Assembly: GCF_006345805.1 (NCBI RefSeq)
Contig: NC_043003.1
Coordinates: forward strand, 116,684,001-116,748,000
Length of the DNA stretch: 64,000 nucleotides
Reading direction: 5' to 3'
Origin: Octopus sinensis
Lineage: Eukaryota
Positions 55,599 to 64,000 of this stretch are shown piece by piece (within the stretch, counting starts at the first letter, position 1; every line of letters begins with the position of its first letter). A program made the translations under genes and the position numbers. The notes beneath the pieces are model-generated. The model did not search any database, was not told where the DNA came from, and worked only from the letters and a program-made list of their open reading frames with translations.

Positions 55599-55974
55599 GT
55601 CGTTTCTCATTTTCTCTTATCTGCCTGTCTTTCTCCGTCTCTCTCTCTTGCCTCCCTTCCCTTCACTTTCTCTATAACGACGTTTGACAGCTTCTACTAT
55701 CTTTCCTCCGCTGTCACTCTTTCTCACACATCCCCCTCTCTCTCTCTACGTCTGTCTGCATTCATAGAGAGAAGTATTATTGCCACCACCACCACACAAT
55801 CATGAGAACAAATATTATGAATTGTCGTTTCTCTCTGTCGCATATCTGCCTCTCTTCCTCCATCTCTCTCTCTCTTTCATCCCTTCCCTCCACTTCGATC
55901 TATAACGACGTTTGACAGTGTCCACTCTCTTTCTCCCGCCACCTTTGCCAGCTCTGTCACTCTTTCTCCCACCC

Positions 55975-56005
<31 letters not shown>

Positions 56006-56088
56006 GTACGTCTGTCTGCATTCATAGAGAGAATTATTATTGCCACCACCACCACCACTACGCAATCATGAGAACAAATATTATGAAT
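55599..56088. repeat. Diverged tandem duplication (~225 and ~265 bp)
   Basis: CTATAACGACGTTTGACAG and CAATCATGAGAACAAATATTATGAAT each occur twice; units 55599-55822 and 55824-56088. Confidence 0.85.
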
Positions 56089-56105
56089 CAGATATTTATT
56101 GGGTT

Positions 56106-56192
<87 letters not shown>

Positions 56193-57429
56193 ATTTGTTA
56201 AAACTGCTGGCGAGTTTGCATGGCAACTATTTTTTTCTCAAATGGAAGGCGTGACCTCTAGGACAGAATACCTCATCTTTTAAAATGTGGCCCGAGTAGA
56301 CCCGAATGCAATCGGGTTTTCACCAAAATGTGAAAATGGGTCTAAATGGGGCTGGAAGGAGATTAAAATTTACAGGAGCGGGTGTTTAGGACCTCTCTGT
56401 TACATCAAGCTAAAAAATTTGCGCCAGCCTTCAAATCGTCAAAGTGTTGCCGGCCGTCATGAAGAAGTTTTGAATGCTTGCCATGGTGAGCCTACTGTCG
56501 TGAGAAAGAATCACTTGAAAACTTGCTGTTTAGGAATTTTCTTTTACATCAAGTTCAGCCAGCCGTTAAACTGCCAGTACGTTGCTGCCCGTCGTTAAGA
56601 AATGCCAGCCATGGCGAGTCTACTATCCTCAGATTCTATTCCTTCAAACTTTGGTTTCCAATATTTTTTTATTTTTATTCAGCTCGCAAGTTCGTCTGTC
56701 CCTTTTAAATGTTAGTGTTTTTCTGTCTGCCTTGAAGCAGGCCTTACCGTTGTCACTGGCTGATATTTATGATTGATCTTTCAAAATATTTTCTTTATCA
56801 AATTACTCAAGATCTTTTGTTCTTTATAAATGGGAGAGAGAGATAGAGAAAGATAGAGAGAAAGAAAAGCGAGGGAGAGTCCAAGAGAAAGAAAGAATAA
56901 GAGAGTGGGAAAGTGAGAAAGGAGAAAGAAACAAAAAAGGGAGAATGTGACTATAAGAAACAGAAAGGAAGCAACAGAAAGTAACAACCACACACTCACC
57001 CGCGCGTAGAGCGGGTCACCTTCAGCTAATATTTTATATAAATGAAATAGTGGCTGAGTATCCAACACGTAGACAGAATAAAGACATAATAACGTTTTTG
57101 AAACGTGTATTTAAATATAAGAAAACAAGATATCTAAAATTACGAGTAGGTAAAATATGGCATTTTAGTTGATGTCTGGTTTTATTCGAAATTTGTCCCT
57201 CGGTTTTGATTGATTTAATTGTAAATGCAGAGTATTTACTAAAAGTACAAACTTTCTCAAAGACGAAATCAGAACATTTTAAACTAAAACGGAAATATTT
57301 AACAGCAAAACGTACGAGTAGTTAGCATGTAGGTGAAGGCATGGCTGTATGGTTAATAATCTCACTCGAGAACCACGACGTTTTAGGTTTTGTCGCATTG
57401 TTCAGCATTGTCCCCCAGCATTCAATTGG

Positions 57430-57902
57430 CCCATTTATCGACCCCGAAAAGAAAGTAAAGTCGACCTCGTCGGAATTTGATCTCAGAACGTAAGACAGAA
57501 GAAATACCTATTTCTTTACTACCCACAAGGGGCTAAACACAGAAAGGACAAACAAGGACAGACAAACGGTTTAAGTCGATTATATTGACCCCAGTGCGTA
57601 ACTGGTATTTATTTAATCGACCCCGAAAGGATGTAAGGCAAAGTCGACCTCGGCGGAATTTGAACTCACAACATAGCGGCAGACGAAACACCTATTTCTT
57701 TACTACCCACAAGGGTCTAAACACAGAGAGCACAAACGGATTAAGTCGATTTTATCGACCCCATTGCGTAACTGGTACTTATTTAATCGACCCCGAAAGG
57801 ATGAAAGGCAAAGTCGACCTCGGCGGAATTTGGACTCAGAACGTAGCGGCAGACGAAATACCACTAAGCATTTCCCCCGGCACGCTAACGTTTCTGCCAG
57901 CT
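57430..57902 (-). mobile_element. SINE family B tandem trimer
   Basis: Junctions at 57501-57514 and 57685-57698. Confidence 0.85.
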
Positions 57903-58149
57903 TTTCCGCATTACAATAAAATAGATATTAACGAAGTGAACATATTATAAGATTAGAACTTAAAACTTCCTGTTTGAATATTTATGGAAAGTAAATCGTT
58001 AAATCAATGACGGTGTTATTAATTTATATTTCTGATTATTGAGAGAAATCTAAAAATTATGAGTTGTAAGCAATGTATTTTAATATTAATTAAAATACCA
58101 CAATATTTAAGGTGATCCTCTTTGAAATACTGTAATAAAGCAGTAAAAG

Positions 58150-58523
58150 ACGGTGAGCTGGCAGAAACGTTAGCACGCTGCCGTAACGTTGTGAGTTCAA
58201 ATTCCGCCGAGGTCGACTTTGCCTCTCATCCTTTCGGGGTCGATAAATTAAGCACCAGTTACGCACTGGGGTCGATGTAATCGACTTAATACCTATGTCT
58301 GTCCTTGTTTGTCCCCTCTGTGGGTAGTAAACAAATATGTATTTCGTCTGCCGTTATGTTCTGAGTTCAAATTCCGCCGAGGTCGACTTTGCCTTTCATC
58401 CTTTTGAGGTCGATTAACTAAGTACCAGTTGCGCACAGGGGTCGATATAATCGACTTAATCCGTTTGTCTGTCCATGTTTGTCTCCTCTATGTTTAGCCC
58501 CTTGTGGGTAGTAAAGGAATATG
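58150..58523 (+). mobile_element. SINE family B tandem dimer
   Basis: Junction at 58332-58345. Confidence 0.85.
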
Positions 58524-59016
58524 TAATAAATTAGTAAGAAGTTTGTTTCCCAGCCATCTGGTGCTGGGTTCGGTCCACGGCATGGCATCTTCGACAAGTG
58601 TCTTTTGCTATAACGGCGGGCTGACTAAAGCCATGTGACTGGATTTGTTAGACTGTAAAAATGTTTTCATATATTTCTGTGTGTGTGTGTGTGTGTGTGT
58701 GTTTGTCCCCACCCCGCTGCCACCGCTTCACAAACGATGTTGATAAGTACTGAGGTTGATTTCATCGAAAAAAACGTTGAGGGCGGTGTCCAAGCATGGC
58801 CGCAGACAGGAACTGGCCGAAAGGAGGCTTTTGACGGTGCAACACAATGGCGTCTACTTTATATGCTTGGCTGCTCTTGTTGTAACTTGACGAAATAGCA
58901 AATAAGTTACCGAAATATTCCGATTCTTCTGACTCCACACAACACTTGCGAACGTAGGAACTTGCACTTTGTAATGCGCATAAAATGGTCTCACGTATAA
59001 TTAATTAATACATATA

Positions 59017-59427
59017 GGCGCAGGAGTGGCTGTGTGGTAAGTAGCTTGTTTGCCGGCCACATGGTTCCGGGTTCAGTCCCACTGCGTGGCATCTTGGGCA
59101 AGTGTCTTCTACTATAGCCTCGGGCCGACCAAAGCCTTGTGGGTGGATTTGGTAGACGGAAACTGAAGGAAGCCCGTCGTATATATGTATATATATGTGT
59201 ATTTGTGTGTGTTTGTATGTCTGTGTTTTGTCCCCCTAGCATTGCTTGACAACCGATGCTGGTGTGTTTATGTCCCCGTTACTTAGCGGTTCGGCAAAAG
59301 AGACCGATAGAATAAGTACTGGGCTTACAAAAGAATAAGTCCCGGGGTCGAGTTGCTCGATTAAAGGCGGTGCTCCAGCATGGCCGCAGTCAAATGACTG
59401 AAACAAGTAAAAGAGTAAAGAGAGAGT
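59017..59427 (+). mobile_element. SINE family A with 19-bp target-site duplication
   Basis: ATAATTAATTAATACATAT at 58997-59015 and 59433-59451. Confidence 0.95.
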
Positions 59428-59860
59428 ATGTCATAATTAATTAATACATATCAATTAATTTTTCATGCAGGAATCTACTCAACCGGTTATTGAGTTGAAA
59501 GTCCATCGGGAAAAAGAGGATGTAATAACTATTTGTATACGGTAAATCTCTACTTATCATGGATTGAGAAACAATATAAGCAATCTATCTGCCCCATTAT
59601 CACTTGCCCAAGAGTGAATCGATGACGTCAGTATCTCGTTCCATTTGTGATCTACCTTGTTGCTCACGTTAGACATATTAACAAAGTATTCGTTGAAACA
59701 AATACTGGATGAATAACTTGATATAAAAGTACGCTGTAAGACAAACATTAAACTCCCAAGATTTTAATCCAGTTTCGTTAAAGAATACACAGTCCTCCTT
59801 CCAGTATTGAATGCCACCCCGCCCTTTCCGTTTATCACTATTAACATACACACCTGTACA

Positions 59861-60254
59861 TCTTTATATATAATAGTCAAGTTGTGTGTCTGTCTCCTAT
59901 GATTTAAATTCCTAACTACTCCCACATTTTGTGGTGCAGTTTAACCAAAACCGGGTATCTTATAGTCGTGATTCATATCGAGCCCTTTTGGGTATTAGTG
60001 CGCGTCTACGATGAGTCTACGATTTTTAAAAAAATTACCATCATTTTTTTCCATTTTAATGCATTTTTCGCTATTATATAAGGGAAGTAACTCTCTAAAA
60101 ATGTCTACGATAAGTCAACGATCTTTAAAAAAATTACCATCATTTTTTTCCTTTTTTAATGCATTTTTTTGCTATTTTTTGGCTATAACTCTCTAAAAAT
60201 GCTTATATAATTATTTCCCTTACAAACCCGAGCAACGCCGGGCGATACTGCTAG
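59861..60254 (+). mobile_element. Non-autonomous Helitron
   Basis: A|TC...CCCGAGCAACGCCGGG hairpin...CTAG|T; internal ~100-bp subrepeat; matches 12910-13304. Confidence 0.8.
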
Positions 60255-60290
60255 TTCATATATACATCTTTACGCACATACACAGATACA

Positions 60291-61782
60291 CAGGCTATTC
60301 GTGTTAAATTGGATGAGTTTATGTCACCTTTACTCAAGAACTGCTTGATGTATTGGTGATCAGTCTACGGCGTTGGAGAGCCTAAAGATTAAAGTTGTTG
60401 TTGAGAAAATGTTAGCTGAGATGGAGGACTGGAAGCCATCAGAATCTTGGAAAAGATTTACCTGTATCGGGATCATACACGCAGGGTATCAAACTACTGA
60501 CATCATGACTGCTGGCCAATGTTCTTTAAACTCTGTAAAGGCCGAAAGATGTGACATGGACTGCGTCAATGAAGATTATGAAGCCGTGGCCAGCGGGAAG
60601 GGACACAACAAGCATCCAGACTGTGTGTATATGCCAGAATTCATCCAACAACAGCAAGACGAAGTGATCCCGTTCAAGAATTTGGACCTGTAGATCTCCA
60701 TTTCCAGCGACTTCGAGAGCCACATCCCATTGGTGTCGGGCGTCAACGAATAACCCTCAACTACAACTACAACAAAGATTTTTTTCCAAGGTCTGGCTGG
60801 GGTCTCCCGCCCCTAAGCCCTAGACCATCACCTAATCACCCTTACCCGTCTTGTTGCTTAACAACAACAACAGCAACAACAACAAGACGAAGTGATGGAG
60901 GATCTGAGAAAGGGAATACGGGCTTTGGTGAGAGACACGCCTGATAAAGGACCTAGCTCCCGCCCCTACTAGAGGTGAAGGGACAAATTCTAACAGCGAG
61001 CCAAGCAGAGATGCTTGATAAAGGAATAAGACCTCCTGGAGAAGCTGAGGCATCCTGTTGAGCCTGGGATGGTCTGGGTCTTCTTGCATGAAAAGAACTT
61101 CCAAGACTAATTTCACAACAGCCAGAGCAAAAAGTGGCTTGCCCACAATCCACGCGATGTCCCACGTATCATGGAAACCAAGTTCCCCCAACTGTAATGG
61201 ATTTGGGTGTGTCTCTAATAAGGGTGACGTCATGTCGCCATACAAAGTCTTAAGCTTCTGAAAAGGGTAAAGTTTCTGGAGACTGTGGTCAAACACTGGC
61301 TGCAGACTCTTGCTGCTGGAAGGTCACATCCGTGGCAGCTGGATTCGGCTACTTTTCATAACCCCGGAAAGATTCGGAAGTAATTGTCTAAGAATTTCTA
61401 CGACTTCAGCTGGTCTCAATTTTCGGCTTCCTAATTCCTCCGATTTTAATACCATGGATTATTATGTTTGGGACGCGGATGAGAGCGACACAACTGCTCC
61501 GCCTGCAACACCAAGGCCGAGCTAGAGTCTAACATCAGGGAAATATTCAAAGATCTTCCCAGAGACACAGTAAGAAATGCATCCTCAACGCTCCGCAGGC
61601 GTCTTGAAAATCGTAATGGAAACTAAGGGTGGCTAAGAGCAGCTGAGGGCACCCAGACTGTTACCTCCAATCATAATTTAGTTGATATTTCTTGGAGTTT
61701 TTAAAATACTTTCATTTTGGGATGGAATTTTAAATTTTCTTTTCCATTTATACAAACTGTCAAATTTGGCCTATACACACTG
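60291..61782 (+). mobile_element. Decayed DD37D (maT-type) Tc1/mariner-superfamily transposon
   Basis: FFLHEKNF, KWLAHNPRDVP...TKFP, WQLDSATFH, PNSSDFNTMDYYVW; D codons at 61342 and 61457 give 37 intervening residues after one +1 frameshift; weak TIRs. Confidence 0.8.
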
Positions 61783-61874
61783 TTCATGTGTGTGTTTGAT
61801 TGGTTTGTTGAAGGTTTCATTCAGTAAATTGCAGCAAACGATACGTTTGGGATTTACGACTGTGTTAAATACAT

Positions 61875-62075
61875 TATTAGAATGGTATTCTACTGACAGT
61901 CGTGAGGTCGTGAGTTCGATACCTGGCAGTGGGTTGTATCTTTGAGAAGGACTTTTATTTCTCGTCGATCCAGTCCACGCAGCTGTGACTGAGTGGTCAG
62001 CCACTTACACGTTAATTTCACGTGCAGGATGTTCCGTGAATCGGATCAGCTGGAACTCACGTCGTAATCGACAGA
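61875..62075 (+). mobile_element. SINE family D-like, internally deleted
   Basis: B-box GAGTTCGATACC, CORE-like segment, family-C tail CAGCCACTTACACGTTAATTTCACG. Confidence 0.6.
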
Positions 62076-62404
62076 GACAGGACACTTAAAGGTTCATTAG
62101 TTTGCCTTTGTATGTCAATATGGACATCAGAAGCTTGAGACGTTGTCAGAAGGTGCTGATTGCAAGTGAGATATTCGTTGGGAAGAGTCAGTAACCCAGC
62201 AATATTGACACGTAAAATATTTTATTTGTATTGTCTTAACGAAGTGTTAATGAGGAAAGATATTCTGGTGTATGCCCTACGTTCTATGGTGCGAATTTCA
62301 ATGAATAATTTCTTGGTGGATGTGTTGTGGGCGGTTGCCGGACGAAATGGCAAAATTCCGATGTTGTAGAAATAAGTCCATAAGTCCTTAGATGCCCTCC
62401 TGCG

Positions 62405-62513
62405 TAAATCCATGGAAAACTGGAAGCCTTCTGAATCTTGGAAAAGAGTTACCAGTACCATGATGATAGGCGCCTGGTATCAAACTAGTGACATCACGAT
62501 TGAAGATCATTGC
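62405..62513 (+). mobile_element. Second fragment of the maT 5' coding region
   Basis: MENWKPSESWKR...YQTSDI matches MEDWKPSESWKR...YQTTDI at 60421. Confidence 0.75.
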
Positions 62514-63054
62514 TTATGCATTTATTTCTACAATATCGGAAAGAGGAAATGTGAACTTTTATGCTTCTTTTTTCTCTTTCTTCTCTCCCTTCATCACCTT
62601 ACACCTTTACTCTTGTACTCATTGTCGTACTTTCATTCATCTATATCATTCTCACTTTCTCTATTTGTCTCTGATGATGGAATATCCCATACTCTGGAAT
62701 ATACCAGAAACAGCTGTAAGACTGAATTTTTTTTCCAATAATGACAATGTGTATGATTTGAGATGTTTGCCTTGCCTTAATGTTTGTTGCCCTCTTGGAG
62801 AATTATATATCCGATGCATCGGGAATCTGAATGGTTCCATAACTACCGTCTTGGCTATAACCTTGGAGCCCTAGTAATCCGTTACAGCACTTACCTAGAG
62901 TACCTAATCGTTTAGATCACCTGTGAAATAAAACCCCCATACGTTATATATATATATATTTATATATCGGTGTGTGAGTGTGTGTATGTATGTATGTATG
63001 TATGTATAAATAAATAAAAGGAATTAAACGCAGGTGTTATTCAATTTTTTTTAA

Positions 63055-63141
63055 TTCCGACATATGTTTCGAAGACAACATCGGTATCATTCCAAAAGGA
63101 ATAAAATAGTGTAAAACAATGTAATCTTCTCATCAGAGAAA
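63055..63141 (-). ncRNA. Type-I hammerhead ribozyme, canonical core (family 3)
   Basis: Minus strand UUCU/GGAA stem I, CUGAUGA (63136-63130), GAAGAU/GUCUUC stem II, GAAA, self-complementary ACAUAUGU stem III, GUC triplet. Confidence 0.8.
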
Positions 63142-63260
63142 GAAAGAAACCAAATGCATCAATGAGACACTTTTAATGAAATGTGATTTTTTGCTGCCCT
63201 GGTAACCGTTTATTTATTTTTTCCGTGTTAATTGTAAACAAGGGAAAAATATACACATCC

Positions 63261-63320
<60 letters not shown>

Positions 63321-64000
63321 AGCAACAAGAATGAATCCGGTAATTTAGTACAATTGTTTCATACTACAGCATTTTATTAAAAGCTGTAAATATTACAGCA
63401 GATTTAAGATGCTGAGTAATCTTCAGCTAATTTTATATAGATTTTCCATTAATATAAAGTTCTCAGATCAATTAATAGCATCTTTGGGAAGGTAAATATA
63501 CAGATAAAGATGTAGATGAGGAACATGAGGTAGTGTAGTTAGTATGCCAACTGACCAAAACTTTGTTCACATATGTATGATTGTATGTATTTATATATAT
63601 ATATATGTATATATATGTATGCATGTATGTACGTACGTACGTACGTATGTATGTATGTATGTATGTATGTATGTATGTATGTATGTATTATGTATGTATG
63701 TATGTATGCATGTATGTATGTATTTATGTATATACTTGTGTTCGAAGAGCACTATATACATATCAGGGTAGTGTAAAAGTTAACAAGAACTTATATACAC
63801 AAGTTATATATTTCTCAGTGAGAAGATAACAAATTTGTTTAGCAAAAATATGTTTTAAAGTTTATTGTCGAAGTCTGTTTATATTTTATTAATATATTTC
63901 TTTTTGTTGATAAAATGAAGATCTAATGCATATACGGTAACAATTGAATAACTAACGTTTGTTTATTAATGAAATCCAATCCAGTACTTCAAAAGTGGAA

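Noticed and set aside
59557-59748. ORF with NVSNKVDHK and IHSWASDNG
   Set aside because: At most a heavily deleted CR1 RT echo; too weak to annotate.
60785-60860. Pistol or HDV-like ribozyme in the maT insert (TAAGCCCTA, GGG-TCTCCCGC-CCC)
   Set aside because: The required pseudoknot partners are missing.

Overview
AT-rich eukaryotic (metazoan) DNA saturated with microsatellites ((TA)n, (TACA)n, (CA)n, (AAT)n, (TAGA)n) and transposon debris, with one 100-N assembly gap. The repeat landscape resembles an octopus/coleoid cephalopod genome (inference from recalled repeat families, not a database hit). No intact host gene can be supported, and nearly all ORFs in the supplied track are microsatellite translations. 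Recognisable content: about 30 tRNA-headed SINE copies from at least four modular families; decayed CR1-type and R4/Dong-type LINE fragments; a DD37D (maT-type) transposon; mariner fragments; two non-autonomous Helitrons; and a MITE. The main unannotated signal is RNA structure. Short non-coding cassettes embedded in microsatellites carry type-I hammerhead ribozyme (HHR) folds in at least five unrelated sequence families. Four copies have a canonical CUGANGA...GAAA core with all three stems (1898-1980 +, 21813-21861 +, 30739-30773 +, 63055-63141 -). Five have a recurrent U4C core and several more are decayed. Most have a tiny self-complementary stem III, several sit in head-to-head palindromes, and one family is preceded by a tRNA-like Pol III head. 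This pattern fits Penelope-like pseudo-LTR-derived non-autonomous elements. All folds were derived by eye, activity is untested, and element boundaries are approximate unless exact motifs are quoted.
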